Assembly (NCBI GenBank): GCA_963921275.4
Contig: OZ001293.3
Coordinates: 6,432,001 to 6,496,000, forward strand
DNA length: 64,000 nucleotides
Direction: 5' to 3'
DNA from: an uncultured Hormoscilla sp.
GTDB taxonomy: Bacteria; Cyanobacteriota; Cyanobacteriia; Cyanobacteriales; Desertifilaceae
The translations under genes were made by a program, and so were the position numbers. The notes under the pieces are model-generated. The model searched no databases and was not told the origin of the DNA. It saw only the letters and a list, made by a program, of their open reading frames with translations. Shown here in pieces: positions 1 to 10,985 of this stretch. Position 1 is the first letter of the stretch. Each line of letters opens with the position of its first letter.

Positions 1-2976
1 CAACAGGTTTTGTTCGACGATCCGCTGCTTCCACTCCGAAAGTATCGGGTACACCTTCTCTTGCAGAAACTCATCGTACTCTTCCCGGGACTGGCCCTTC
101 GGTTTGCGGAATTGCCATTGCCCTGCCATCAATGCTTGCAAGTCCATATACCAGAATACCTCTTCTAGGGAAATATCCTCTGGTTGCAATACTTTCGTTC
201 CCCAGAAAGGTGGCGTCGGACGTTCTATATCTACATCTACCGCCTCGGAACGCCGGGTATCGATCTCTACAGGTGGGACATCCGCCTTACTCTCCTCTTT
301 TGCCGGACTGGGAGTATCCACAACCTTACCATTTCCATTTCCGTTTCCGTTTCCATTTCCATTTCCGTTTGCATCTACTTCATCCAAAAATCCCTGGATG
401 TCGTCCCAATTTCCTGCGCCTTTCGCGGGCATCAGTTTGTCCATGAAGTTCAAGTCAGAAAAAGCATCCTTGCCGTAAATCACTTTCCCCTTATAGGTGT
501 TCTGGCAATCTTGATGGACGAACTTGGGCGTTAAGGCGGCACCCCCCAGAATCACTGGTGCGGTGATGCCCCGCTGGTTGAACACTTCCAAATTATCCTT
601 CATAAAGGCGGTAGACTTCACCAGCAGGCCACTCATGGCGATACAATCTGCCTTATGTTCTTCGTAGGCGTTGATAATGTTATCCACGGGCTGTTTAATC
701 CCCAGGTTGATCACCCTGTAGCCGTTATTGGAGAGGATGATATCCACCAGGTTCTTGCCGATATCGTGGACATCCCCTTTCACCGTCGCGATCACAAAGG
801 TTCCTTTAGCATTATCCCCCGCTTCGTCCTTTTCCATGAAGGGTTCCAGATAGGCCACCGCTGCTTTCATCGTTTCCGCTGATTGTAACACGAAGGGCAG
901 TTGCATTTGTCCCGAACCGAACAATTCTCCCACCACTTTCATCCCGTCCAGCAGGAAGATGTTGATAATATCCAAGGGGGGATGTTTCTCTAGCGCTTTT
1001 GCCAACTGTTCGTCTAAACCGATGCGTTCCCCGTCGATGATGTGCTGCTTCAGCCGTTCTTCTACTGGCAGGTTTTCGTCTACGCTGCGATCGCGCTTAG
1101 CGGTCTTGCCGGCAAACATGGTGGTCAGTTCTGCCAAGGGATCGTAGGTGCAGATATCCCCGTCAAATGTGCGGCGATCGTAGATTAAATTGCGGCAGAC
1201 TTCTTGATGTTCCGGTTCAATTTTAGCCAGGGGCAAAATCTTGCTAGCGCTAACAATAGCACCATCTAACCCGACGGCCATTGCTTCGTGCAGAAACATG
1301 GAATTCAACACGATCCGCGCTGCGGGGTTCAAGCCGAAGGACACGTTCGATACACCGAGTAAAATATGACACCCTGGTAACTCTTTCCGGATGCGCCGAA
1401 TCGATTCTATCGTCGCTTTGCCGTTCTCCCTGTCCTCTTCAATTCCCGTAGAAACAGGTAAAGCCAGTGTATCAAAAAATATTTCGTGAGCGGGGATGTC
1501 GTATTCCAAAGCTTGGTTGTAGGCCCGTTGCGCGATCGCGAATTTCTTGTCAGCAGTCCGGGCCATGCCATCTTCATCAATGGTGCCCACAACCACCCCG
1601 GCGCCATATTTCTTCGCCAGTTCCAATACTTTCAAAAAGCGGGGTTCCCCATCTTCATAGTTAGTAGAATTGAGGATGCATTTCCCCCCGACAACCTTCA
1701 AACCCGCCTCCATCTTTTCCCATTCCGTGGAGTCCAGCATCAGAGGCAAAGTGACATTAGTGACGAGACGAGATGCTAATTCATGCATATCCCGTTCGCC
1801 GTCCCGTCCCACATAATCAACGTTCACATCCAGGACATGGGCACCTTCCTTGACCTGACTTTTGGCCAGGGAAACCAACCCATCCCAGTCTTCCGCATTT
1901 AACATATTGCGGCATTTTTTAGAACCGCTAGCATTCAGCCGTTCCCCCACAATCAGGAAAGAGTTATCCTGGTCGTAAGCTTGGGTACTATAGATGGATG
2001 CCGCTGCGGGTTCAAACTGGAAATGGCGTGCTTTGGGCTTGAGGGTAGCAGCAATTTCTGCTAATTGTTGAATGTGGTCGGGGCGAGTGCCGCAACAACC
2101 GCCAATCACCTGCACGCCCCAATCTTCCACAAACTTGTGCAACGCCATCCGCAATTCCATGGGCGTCAGTTTATAATGGGCATGGCCGCCGATGTTTTCC
2201 GGTAAACCTGCATTGGGGATACAGGATACCACAAAGGGGGAATGTTCGCACATATATTTTATGTGGTCTGCCATCAAATCCGGACCCGTGGCACAGTTGA
2301 GCCCCATGATGTCAATGGGGTATGGTTGCATAATTGTCAAGGCCGCCTCAATTTCCGATCCCACCAGCATGGTGCCGAAATTTTCAATGGTGACCGAGAC
2401 CATCAGGGGCAGGCGCGATCCTTTTTTCTCAAATACTTCCTCTACTGCATTCAACGCCGCTTTAATTTGCAAAACATCTTGACAGGTTTCGATAATAAAC
2501 AAGTCTGCGCCGCCATCGTAGAGTCCTTCCGCCTGTTCCACGTAAGCAGTCCGGAGGGTATCAAAATTAATATGTCCCAGGGTGGGCAGCTTCGTACCCG
2601 GTCCCATAGATCCGGCCACAAAGCGGGGTTTTTCCGGGGTCGAGAATTCTGCTGTAACTTTTTTTGCCAGTTCGGTGGCAGTTTTATTGAGATAATAGGC
2701 TTTATCTGCCAAGTCATATTCTGCCAGCACGATCGAGGTATTGCCGAAGGTATCGGTCTCGATCACATCTGCACCCGCCGCCAGGAAGTCCCGATGCACC
2801 TTGGCGATCGCCTCTGGTTTAGTATGGACGAGGTACTCGTTACAGCCTTCGTACTCGGGGCCACCGAAGTCAGCGGCGGTCAGATTTTGGGATTGGATGT
2901 TGGTTCCCATCGCCCCATCGAAGACGATTACGGGGCGATCGGGACTGTGGAGGTGCTTCAAAAAGGGACTGTTCAT
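1..2976 (-). CDS. metH: Cobalamin-dependent methionine synthase (3' end runs off the window)
   Basis: Manual minus-strand translation from the ATG at 2976 gives [61 protein letters not shown] and the B12 motif [13 protein letters not shown]. Absent from the ORF track because it has no stop inside the window. Confidence 0.97.
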   Translation of the reverse strand, partial: MNSPFLKHLHSPDRPVIVFDGAMGTNIQSQNLTAADFGGPEYEGCNEYLVHTKPEAIAKVHRDFLAAGADVIETDTFGNTSIVLAEYDLADKAYYLNKTATELAKKVTAEFSTPEKPRFVAGSMGPGTKLPTLGHINFDTLRTAYVEQAEGLYDGGADLFIIETCQDVLQIKAALNAVEEVFEKKGSRLPLMVSVTIENFGTMLVGSEIEAALTIMQPYPIDIMGLNCATGPDLMADHIKYMCEHSPFVVSCIPNAGLPENIGGHAHYKLTPMELRMALHKFVEDWGVQVIGGCCGTRPDHIQQLAEIAATLKPKARHFQFEPAAASIYSTQAYDQDNSFLIVGERLNASGSKKCRNMLNAEDWDGLVSLAKSQVKEGAHVLDVNVDYVGRDGERDMHELASRLVTNVTLPLMLDSTEWEKMEAGLKVVGGKCILNSTNYEDGEPRFLKVLELAKKYGAGVVVGTIDEDGMARTADKKFAIAQRAYNQALEYDIPAHEIFFDTLALPVSTGIEEDRENGKATIESIRRIRKELPGCHILLGVSNVSFGLNPAARIVLNSMFLHEAMAVGLDGAIVSASKILPLAKIEPEHQEVCRNLIYDRRTFDGDICTYDPLAELTTMFAGKTAKRDRSVDENLPVEERLKQHIIDGERIGLDEQLAKALEKHPPLDIINIFLLDGMKVVGELFGSGQMQLPFVLQSAETMKAAVAYLEPFMEKDEAGDNAKGTFVIATVKGDVHDIGKNLVDIILSNNGYRVINLGIKQPVDNIINAYEEHKADCIAMSGLLVKSTAFMKDNLEVFNQRGITAPVILGGAALTPKFVHQDCQNTYKGKVIYGKDAFSDLNFMDKLMPAKGAGNWDDIQGFLDEVDANGNGNGNGNGNGNGKVVDTPSPAKEESKADVPPVEIDTRRSEAVDVDIERPTPPFWGTKVLQPEDISLEEVFWYMDLQALMAGQWQFRKPKGQSREEYDEFLQEKVYPILSEWKQRIVEQNLL

Positions 2977-3051
2977 GGATACTCCCATCTAATATTAAAT
3001 CATTCTTAAGTTAATATAGCATATATTTATCGACGATCTAGGAGAGATGCC

Positions 3052-3369
3052 ATGGAGTCTGTAATGATGTCCGGATGGGTGAGACCCGCAGATAGTTCGG
3101 TGCTGCGCCTGGCCGCAACGGCAGCGAGAGATAACTTTGCCCAGACGGTTAACCGCGTGGCCTCCGGCGATCGGCAAGTGATTTTGAGTCAAGACGGGAA
3201 GGACGTAGCAGCTATCATCCATATAGAGTAATTTTGGCTGCTAGAGAGTTCGATAGAAAAGTTGTCAGACGAGTTTTATGCAGAGGAGGCTGAGAAAATT
3301 TTGGCTCAGACGAAACGCGAAGACTATATTCCCTATGAGCAAGTCAGAAAAGAACTCGGGTTGGAGTAA
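3052..3369 (+). pseudogene. Phd/YefM-like antitoxin with a premature stop, followed by a probable toxin remnant (TAATG overlap)
   Basis: Reads ..ATAARDNFAQTVNRVASGDRQVILSQDGKDVAAII..IE*(3229-3231)..YIPYEQVRKELGLE*. Confidence 0.6.
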
Positions 3370-3559
3370 TGGATGAAGATAACAATTACAGTATAATTTA
3401 CTCTAGAACTGGCGTTGTACAAAGGAGCAAGAAAATTGATCGAGAACATGGGAGGCCAAGAGGTAGATATCTTTATGCCAGAAGCGATAATCATGTCGAT
3501 CGATCGCTTCTGGGTGCCTGAATATTTGTTCGTCAAGTAGAGAAAGGAGTTATTAACTA

Positions 3560-4198
3560 ATGACTGTGCCGACAGCAACAATCAGAGAATCACGAACTGT
3601 GTTAACAGGTGTCAGTTGGCAAACCTTTAAGGCATTGCTGGCAGAGATCGGAGAAGACCGGACTTGTATAATTGCTTACGATCGGGGAATATTAGAGATT
3701 ATGACTCCTTATGCAGGACATAAAGAACCAGTAGCACTGATAGAAGATTTTGTTACAGCAGTTGCAGATGAAATCGGTATAGAAGTCAGACGACTCGGTT
3801 CCCTGACTCTGGAACGATCAGACTTAACCCGGATGGTAGAATCAGATACTTGTTTCTACATTCAGAATGAATCTTTGGTCAGAGGTAAGGCAGAAATAGA
3901 CTTGAATATTGACCCGCCACCAGACCTGGTAGTAGAGTCGGACTACACGAGCTCTTCTTTGAACAAATTGGAAATCTATGCATCCCTCGGTGTTCCCGAA
4001 CTCTGGAGATATCGCCGGTAAACTCTGCAAGTTTATCAGCTAATCGCGGGAAAATATGAACCTAGCGATCACAGTTTAGCTTTTCCGTTCTTCCCGATCG
4101 CGGAAGTACCAGAATTTATCGCCCAAAGTCAAACCATTGGCCAGCGTTCGGCAGTGCGGGCATTTCGCCGACGCATTCAAGCAATTTTGCAAGAGTGA
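3560..4198 (+). pseudogene. Uma2 family endonuclease with an in-frame nonsense codon
   Basis: Uma2 motifs (PPPDLVVE, YASLGVPELWRY). After TAA at 4019-4021 the frame continues TLQVYQL..AFRRRIQAILQE* to 4198. Confidence 0.85.
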
Positions 4199-4224
4199 AG
4201 AAGATCGTCAATTAGGCAAATTCT

Positions 4225-4581
4225 GTGCTAACAGCAACCAAACTAGCGAGTGTTCAAGAGCAATTTACCTCAGAGTCCAGAGTCCTGTTAAGAGATGTGA
4301 GTTGGCAAACCTTTAAGGCATTGCTGGCAGAGATCGGGGAGGATCGGACTTGTAGAATTGCTTACGATCAAGGTGTGTTAGAAATTAGAATGCCACTCCA
4401 AGCACATCAAGTACCTAAAGGACTGATCGAGAGCTTTGTGGAAGCGATCGCAGATGAATTAGAAATCGAGGTAATGAAACTGGGTTCCTTGCTGCTAGAG
4501 CGAGAAGATTTAGCCCGCGCTGTCGAACCAGATACCTGTTTCTACATTCAGAATGAATCTTTGGTTAGACCAGAATTTTGA
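4225..4581 (+). pseudogene. Truncated Uma2 family endonuclease (tandem paralog)
   Basis: Paralog of the previous gene that ends just after EPDTCFYIQNESLVR. Confidence 0.8.
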
Positions 4582-4617
4582 CTTTCATCGCCGTATTTTG
4601 CTGTACTTCTTTATATT

Positions 4618-6141
4618 ATGAAGGATAAAAATGGTAAAGTCTACTTGGTAGGGGCTGGAGTCGGAGATGTTAACTATCTTACCATGAGGGCCCATCAACT
4701 ACTTGCCCAAGCCGAAGTTTTAGTTTATGATGCTCTCGTGGATAGCCAGTTGTTGCAGTTAGTCCCCAATAATTGTCTGCAACTGCATGTGGGGAAACGG
4801 GGCGGTCAACCCAGTACGCGCCAAGGGGAAATTAATCGGTTGCTGGTAGTATACTGTCAGCAAGGGAAACAGGTAGTGCGGCTGAAAACTGGCGATCCCT
4901 TGATTTTTGGTCGCAGTCGGGCGGAAATTGAGAGCTTAATTGCTGCTGGCTGTGCTTTTGAGGTGATTCCCGGTATTTCTGCCGCTACCGCAGCACCTCT
5001 TTGGGCCCTCATTCCCCTCACCGATCGGGACTTGAGTCGCTGTTTTGCTGTGGTGACTGGTCACAATCCCGCTATACTAGATTGGCATACCTTAGCCCAG
5101 ATTGATACCTTAGTAATTTTAATGGGAGGCTCTCGCCTAGAGGAAATTGTGCTACATTTGCAGGCAAATGGCCGATCGCCGTCAACCCCGATCGCGATTA
5201 TTCGCTCTTGCGGCAGTCCGCAGCAGCAGATTTGGACAGCACTGCTTCAGAACATTGTCCGAGAAACGGCGGGAGCATCTCTCTCGCCAGCGGTAATAAT
5301 AATTGGAGAAGTGGTAAAACTGCGAGAATATTGGCTTCATCAGAAAACTATGCATGCACCATTAACAGGTAAAACGATCTTAGTAACCCGTTCTGCGGGA
5401 CAGTCTACTCAATTTCGGCAGATGTTGCAACAGGAGGGGGCACGGGTAATAGAAATGCCGACTTTGGAAATAGGACCGCCATCCAGTTGGGAGGAACTGG
5501 ATAATGCTATATTACATTTATCGGACTTCAGTTGGTTAATTCTCACTTCCGCTAACGGGGTAGATTACTTTTTTGAGAGACTGCAAGTACAAGGAAAAGA
5601 TAGTCGGGCCAAGGCAGGGGTAAAAATAGCAGTAGTCGGGAAAAAAACAGCCGCGAGTTTGCAGCAACGAGGTTTAAAACCAGACTTTATCCCCCCCGAG
5701 TTTGTAGCAGATGCTTTGGTAGCACATTTCCCCGAGAAGTTAGAGTGCAAAAAAGTTCTCTTTCCTCGGGTAGAAAGCGGCGGACGCCAGGTATTGGTGC
5801 AGGAATTAACCGCCAAAGGTGCAGAAGTGGTGGAGGTTCCTGCTTACGAGTCTCGCTGTCCGGAGAAAATATCGCCTTCAGCGTTAGACGCCCTGCAACG
5901 ACAAGCAGTAGATGTAATAACTTTTGCCAGTTCCAAAACTGTGAAGAATTTCTGTAAGTTAATAGCAGCAGCAGATGGGGTATACTTAAATAAAGTTTGT
6001 ATTGCCTCGATCGGCCCCCAAACCTCCCAAACCTGCCATCAACTCTTGGGGCGAGTGGATGCAGAAGCACTCGAGTATACTTTGGAGGGGCTCAAAGAGG
6101 CGATCGGGCAATGGGCAATGGGCAAAGTAGGACAGGGATAA
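4618..6141 (+). CDS. cobA: Uroporphyrinogen-III C-methyltransferase / synthase fusion (CobA-HemD)
   Basis: GKVYLVGAGVGD, VVRLKTGDPLIFGR, then a HemD domain (ILVTRSAGQS, TSANGV, TFASSKTV). Confidence 0.93.
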   Translation: MKDKNGKVYLVGAGVGDVNYLTMRAHQLLAQAEVLVYDALVDSQLLQLVPNNCLQLHVGKRGGQPSTRQGEINRLLVVYCQQGKQVVRLKTGDPLIFGRSRAEIESLIAAGCAFEVIPGISAATAAPLWALIPLTDRDLSRCFAVVTGHNPAILDWHTLAQIDTLVILMGGSRLEEIVLHLQANGRSPSTPIAIIRSCGSPQQQIWTALLQNIVRETAGASLSPAVIIIGEVVKLREYWLHQKTMHAPLTGKTILVTRSAGQSTQFRQMLQQEGARVIEMPTLEIGPPSSWEELDNAILHLSDFSWLILTSANGVDYFFERLQVQGKDSRAKAGVKIAVVGKKTAASLQQRGLKPDFIPPEFVADALVAHFPEKLECKKVLFPRVESGGRQVLVQELTAKGAEVVEVPAYESRCPEKISPSALDALQRQAVDVITFASSKTVKNFCKLIAAADGVYLNKVCIASIGPQTSQTCHQLLGRVDAEALEYTLEGLKEAIGQWAMGKVGQG

Positions 6142-6531
6142 TCTTAGTAGTCAATAGTCAGGCGGAGTGGGAAGCTAAGCTATTGGATAGCTGCTGGATA
6201 TGTAGTCCTGATTTTGCTGGCGGTTTCATCGACAATTTTAGTATTCTGGAATGTCGAGATGGCGAGAAGAGAAGACGACAAATTGCGCAAGAGCTGGGAT
6301 CCTGGCACAACCGCCAGCACAACCGCAACATTGAAACAGATAAAATATAGAACTAACAACTAACAACTACGGCGCGGGGTAGCAACCTATCAGCAGAACC
6401 CGCAGGTGCCGTCCGATTTTTCCGGAACGGTATATCAGGGACTATTGCCAACGGATTCCGATTGGCAGCGATTTAAGAAGTCAGCGTTGCCGTCCGATTT
6501 TTCCGGAACGGTGGAGGATAATTGATCAATT

Positions 6532-6726
6532 ATGACACCAGGAGAGTTAAGAGAAAAAGGCTATCATATTTTAGTTAGCCATTTAGGACAAGTGGATGCA
6601 ATTCGCTTTTTACAACAGATGGGATGGGGCCATGGTGACTATACCCAAGAAAGAGGCGATATTTTGGATTCTGTAACGCGAGAGGAGTTTTGGCAGGATT
6701 TGCAGAGGATTAGAGATAGTAAATAA
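6532..6726 (+). CDS. Small hypothetical protein
   Basis: 64-aa ORF with an upstream GGAGG and a LGQVDAIRFLQQ..GDYTQER pattern. Confidence 0.65.
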   Translation: MTPGELREKGYHILVSHLGQVDAIRFLQQMGWGHGDYTQERGDILDSVTREEFWQDLQRIRDSK

Positions 6727-6764
6727 TTTTTAAAAGACGTGAAATGTTTTTCTAGCAGTCGGGT

Positions 6765-7754
6765 ATGATAATGAGTAAGCATCAATTAGAGATCGACAAT
6801 AGTCAAGTGCCAGAAGGTTATAAACAAACAGAAATTGGGGTGATTCCTGAAGATTGGGAAGTCATAAAACTTAAAAATATTGCTCCGTTACAGCGTGGTT
6901 TTGACTTACCTACATCTCAGTTAAAAAAGGGAGACTATCCCGTTGTCTACTCAAACGGGGTAATGAACCATCATGCTGAGTTTATGGTTCATGGACCGGG
7001 TGTCGTTACTGGAAGATCGGGCACAATTGGCAGTGTTCACTACGTTTCTAAAAATTATTGGCCTCACAACACTACTTTATGGGTAACTAATTTTATAAAC
7101 AGTTATCCTAAATACGTTTATTACTTGTATCAATCCGTAAAATTTGAACGATTTAGAACTGGTTCAGGTGTACCAACACTTAACAGAAATGATGTACACG
7201 ACTTAATAATTGCAATTCCCCCCTCAGAAGAACAACGCGCGATCGCCCAAACGCTATCGGACGTGGATGGCCTGATAGCAGCACTGGATCAGGTGATCGC
7301 CAAAAAGCGCAACATCAAAACCGCCACCATGCAGGAACTCCTCACCGGCAAGAAACGCTTGCCGGGGTTTGGTGAGGAGTGGCAAGTAAAACGGCTTGGC
7401 GATATTGCAAATATTATGATGGGGCAATCTCCCAGTTCTCAATATTACAATTCAAAAGAAATTGGTCTTCCTTTAATTCAAGGTAATGCTGACATTAAAA
7501 ATAGAAGAGCAGTAATTAGAAACTATACATCTGAAATTACCAAAAAATGTTACGATGGAGACATTATATTGTCTGTTCGCGCTCCCGTAGGTGAAGTTGC
7601 TAAAACTAATTTTGATGCTTGTATTGGCAGAGGTGTATCTGCTCACCACCTTGGCCGGAGCGGGAGCCTCCTTATTCAGAGTAAGCGCCTTCTTGGCCGG
7701 AGTAAGCATTTTCTTAGCCAGAGTAAAATCGGAGGTGTAGTAAAAACCCGTTAG
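6765..7754 (+). pseudogene. hsdS: Type I restriction-modification specificity subunit, truncated in the second TRD
   Basis: GYKQTEIGVIPEDW, EEQRAIAQTLSD, MQELLTGKKRLPGF. Similarity ends near 7640, where a 21-bp repeat array begins. No hsdM or hsdR nearby. Confidence 0.85.
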
Positions 7755-7825
7755 TAAGAAGATCCCCTCCCGCCCCCTTCTCGCTTGGACAATTACGAAC
7801 TACTTGTCACCAGCTGAAGTACAAT

Positions 7826-8045
7826 ACAGCAAAAAGCCTTTTATATCAAGCAGCAACAGCGAATCGCCCTGGATAAAAATCGGCATTTACCGTTCCGGAA
7901 AAATCGGATCGACTTAATCCTGTCTGACCCTCAAACAGGTGCAGCACGCTATATCCTGGATACTAAATACAAGAGTTGCGATCGCGCTGCGCGCGCGGGG
8001 ACTTCCACCAAATGGTCAGCTATGCAAAAGCAACAAAATGTTACG
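7826..8045 (+). pseudogene. McrC-like PD-(D/E)XK nuclease fragment
   Basis: Manual translation RIDLILSDPQTGAARYILDTKYK..DFHQMVSYAKA; no start codon, and frameshifted. Confidence 0.6.
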
Positions 8046-8108
8046 AATAAAAATATTGTCTGTTTACTTTCGTTTCCAAGGTAACTGATTTCAAAGCTAT
8101 CCAATAAC

Positions 8109-8702
8109 ATGAAACGCATTATTGGTCTTACGGGCGGGATTAGCACTGGCAAAACTACTGTTTCTAATTATCTGGCAGATGTCTACAAACTGCCAGTATT
8201 AGATGCTGATGTCTATGCTAGAGATGCCGTGCAACCCGGTTCCCTCGTACTGGATAAAATTGCCGCCCGCTACGGTAGTAATATCCTCTTACCTGATGGT
8301 ACTCTCGATCGCCCCCAGTTGGGAGAGATAATTTTTCGCAACCCTTCCGAACGTCGGTGGTTAGAATATCTCATTCATCCCGAAGTGCGCGATCGCTTTC
8401 TGGCAGCCATCCATCAACTCTCGGAAACCCTAGTCTTAGTCGTACCCTTGCTATTTGAAGCTCAGATGACTGATTTGGTGACCGAAATTTGGGTATTATG
8501 TTGCGATCGCCAACAGCAAATTGACAGACTGATGCAGCGTAACTCCCTCAGTCTAGAGCAAGCGCAAGCCCGCATCAATGCTCAGATGTCCATAGAGGAG
8601 AAGTGCCAACAAGCTGATATAATATTGGATAATTCATTTAGCATAGAAATGTTGTTAAGACAGGTAGATGCAGCATTGAAAATTGAAAATTGCGGATTAT
8701 AG
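8109..8702 (+). CDS. coaE: Dephospho-CoA kinase
   Basis: IIGLTGGISTGKTT P-loop, DADVYAR, VPLLFE. Confidence 0.95.
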   Translation: MKRIIGLTGGISTGKTTVSNYLADVYKLPVLDADVYARDAVQPGSLVLDKIAARYGSNILLPDGTLDRPQLGEIIFRNPSERRWLEYLIHPEVRDRFLAAIHQLSETLVLVVPLLFEAQMTDLVTEIWVLCCDRQQQIDRLMQRNSLSLEQAQARINAQMSIEEKCQQADIILDNSFSIEMLLRQVDAALKIENCGL

Positions 8703-9053
8703 CAGTTCTCATATTAGTGTGATATGCTATCGGAGATTGCTTCGGGGGGGGGGCTGACAAGGGTAGGTTTTTTACAAAAAGGCCGTGACTTGACAAGGGA
8801 GAGAAGGGAGACTCCGGAGACAAGGGAGACCCCGAAGACTCCGAAGACAAGGGAGACTTGCCAGATTTGCCAGACTTGCCAGACTGCCGAAGAAAAGGAA
8901 GAGAAATTTATTCTCCCTTGTCCACTTTCCCCCGTGTACCAACGGGTTTTGACCACACCACATTAATTTGAGAAATGCTATATTTATTCATGTCAATTCG
9001 TAATTCGCCATTTTTAATTCGCAATTCGCCATTTTTAATTCACCATTGTCAAT

Positions 9054-9821
9054 TTAGGAGGACCATAATATTGAGGCTGCGATCGAAGCAGCCGCAATAG
9101 CTAAAGATACACCCAGAAACACGAGATCCCAACTACTTACGGACTGCTTCGGAACTAGAGATTGAGATTGGCCATATCCTCGTAACCGCATGGCTTGATA
9201 TACTCTTTCTGACTGTTCGGAACTGCGTACCAGGAGAGTGCCAACTAATGACGCTAACACCCGCAAATTACGATAACTTAGTTGGTTTTCCCGAAAGCCC
9301 CGCAGTTTCATCGCCAGCTTCATCATCCGCAGCCGATCGCCCAATTCCTCCAGATAGCGATAAGATAACAGCATCATATCTGCTAAAACTGACGGCAGTC
9401 CTAACTCCCGCATCGCCTTAATACTGGTCAAAAAGGGTGTCGTGCCCAACATAACTAGGGCCACTGTGAAAATGCATAAAAACCTCGTCGCTATCAAGAC
9501 CGCAGCCAGACATCCTTCTAACCGTAAAGCTAATGGTCCCATGCTGAAAATAACTGTATCCCCCGCTACAAATGGCAACAGTCCCACCATCCCCAACAGA
9601 AAAAAACTCGGGTAGCGCAGTCGCCTCAGCAGGAAAGATATCGGTAGCTGCGAAACCCGGTACAGGGCGATCGCTAAGGCCGCCATCCCTGGCAGTAAAC
9701 CCAGATGCTGCACTCCGGAGAAGGCGAAAATTAACGCCATCAAACCAACCAGCTTGCATCTCTGTTCCCACCGATGGATGGGCGATTTTAACTGTGCGTA
9801 GGAGTCTAGTCCCAGTTTCAT
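9054..9821 (-). CDS. cbiQ: Cobalt ECF transporter T component
   Basis: Membrane protein with AMKLRGF / AMRLRGY motifs, directly downstream of cbiM. Confidence 0.9.
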   Translation of the reverse strand: MKLGLDSYAQLKSPIHRWEQRCKLVGLMALIFAFSGVQHLGLLPGMAALAIALYRVSQLPISFLLRRLRYPSFFLLGMVGLLPFVAGDTVIFSMGPLALRLEGCLAAVLIATRFLCIFTVALVMLGTTPFLTSIKAMRELGLPSVLADMMLLSYRYLEELGDRLRMMKLAMKLRGFRENQLSYRNLRVLASLVGTLLVRSSEQSERVYQAMRLRGYGQSQSLVPKQSVSSWDLVFLGVSLAIAAASIAASILWSS

Positions 9822-10459
9822 TAACTTCTGAGCATTTCGGGCTTGACTCGTTCCAGAAACAATGCTACCATTGCCGTAAACATGCCCTCGATCGCCATCA
9901 AGGGAATCTGTGCTAACATCAGGGTGCCGATAGCTGTCCGTTCCGCTTGCCCGTCGATATTAGCCGGGATATTGGTAATAATCAGCGAGAAAAAGATCGA
10001 CGCTGCTAGTCCGACCCCGATCGCCCCGGCCAGGAAGCCAAAAATTCCCGTCCACAGCTTGCTTTCCCGCCCCAGCAGTTCCCGGACTTGGAAAACGTAA
10101 CCCGCTATTAATGCTGGTACTCCCATCAAGATAGCATTTATCCCCAGGGTAGATAAACCGCCATGCCCAAACATGACCGCCTGGAAAAACAATCCTACCA
10201 GAATCGCGGGAAAAGCATAATAACCCAGCACCGCCCCTAAAAGTCCATTTAACACCAAATGGACGCTCGTGGGAGGCACCGGGATGTGAATGGATGAAGC
10301 TGCAAAAAAAGCTGCCGTTAGCAGAGACGCCTTGGGAATGTTCTCTTGGGGATTTTTATCCCGATCGATCTGGCGCAGAGACAACCAAGTCACTCCGCCA
10401 GTCATTCCATAACCCCCGATCGCCACAGCTGCGGGCAGAATACCGTCAGGAATGTGCAT
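9821..10459 (-). CDS. cbiM: Cobalt ECF transporter S component
   Basis: N-terminal MHIPDG metal-binding motif, FGHGG. Confidence 0.95.
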   Translation of the reverse strand: MHIPDGILPAAVAIGGYGMTGGVTWLSLRQIDRDKNPQENIPKASLLTAAFFAASSIHIPVPPTSVHLVLNGLLGAVLGYYAFPAILVGLFFQAVMFGHGGLSTLGINAILMGVPALIAGYVFQVRELLGRESKLWTGIFGFLAGAIGVGLAASIFFSLIITNIPANIDGQAERTAIGTLMLAQIPLMAIEGMFTAMVALFLERVKPEMLRS

Positions 10460-10889
10460 TTTTATTGTCCCGTGAAAAAAACAATCCCGTGCCTACAAAT
10501 CCCCAGATTACCGCACCTGTCATCGCCAATTTATGGAGAGGATTTACGGTTGACAAGGGGGACTTTTGCCCCACATCGCCGATGGCAATACTGACGATCT
10601 CACCGTGACCAGCAAGGCGTACCTTTACCTGCCAAGATCCTACCACATCAGGGGTAAAGATAAAGCGACCCAGTTCGTCAGCAGTACCTTGCAACCAGGG
10701 GGTGGCCGGGTCATCAGGAGCATAAACTGTGATTTGGGCATTTGCCATCGGTTCGCCAGAGTCGTAGGTAGCCTTAATTTCAACTGCTTGGATAATTTTA
10801 TGTTCCACGATCGCGCCATGGGCGATCGCCTCAGTCGGCCAACCCATAACTGAGCAAAAAATCAGTGGGATTACCAATTGACAATTCAT
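10446..10889 (-). CDS. Secreted / membrane-anchored accessory protein of the Co/Ni ECF transporter (CbiL/NikL-like)
   Basis: Signal peptide ending AIAH, YDSGEPM, GHG motif and C-terminal TM helix; overlaps the cbiM start. Confidence 0.75.
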   Translation of the reverse strand: MNCQLVIPLIFCSVMGWPTEAIAHGAIVEHKIIQAVEIKATYDSGEPMANAQITVYAPDDPATPWLQGTADELGRFIFTPDVVGSWQVKVRLAGHGEIVSIAIGDVGQKSPLSTVNPLHKLAMTGAVIWGFVGTGLFFSRDNKNAHS

Positions 10890-10985
10890 GTTCCTGCTCT
10901 AGGTGAGTCTCAAGAGAAATCACAATAGTCGATCGTACAAAATAAAGAATGAGGGTGTCCCCCTTTCTTTATACTGGATTTATAA

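Noticed and set aside
104..3009. Many plus-strand ORFs, up to 255 aa
   Set aside because: Antisense shadows of metH.
4019..4021. Stop-codon reassignment explaining in-frame stops (3229, 4019, 44902)
   Set aside because: TAA also ends intact genes such as zwf and coaE, and frameshifts are equally common, so decay is the simpler explanation.
8724..8966. Small ORFs with ETPKT / CQT repeats
   Set aside because: Translations of a 9-10 bp intergenic repeat tract between convergent genes.
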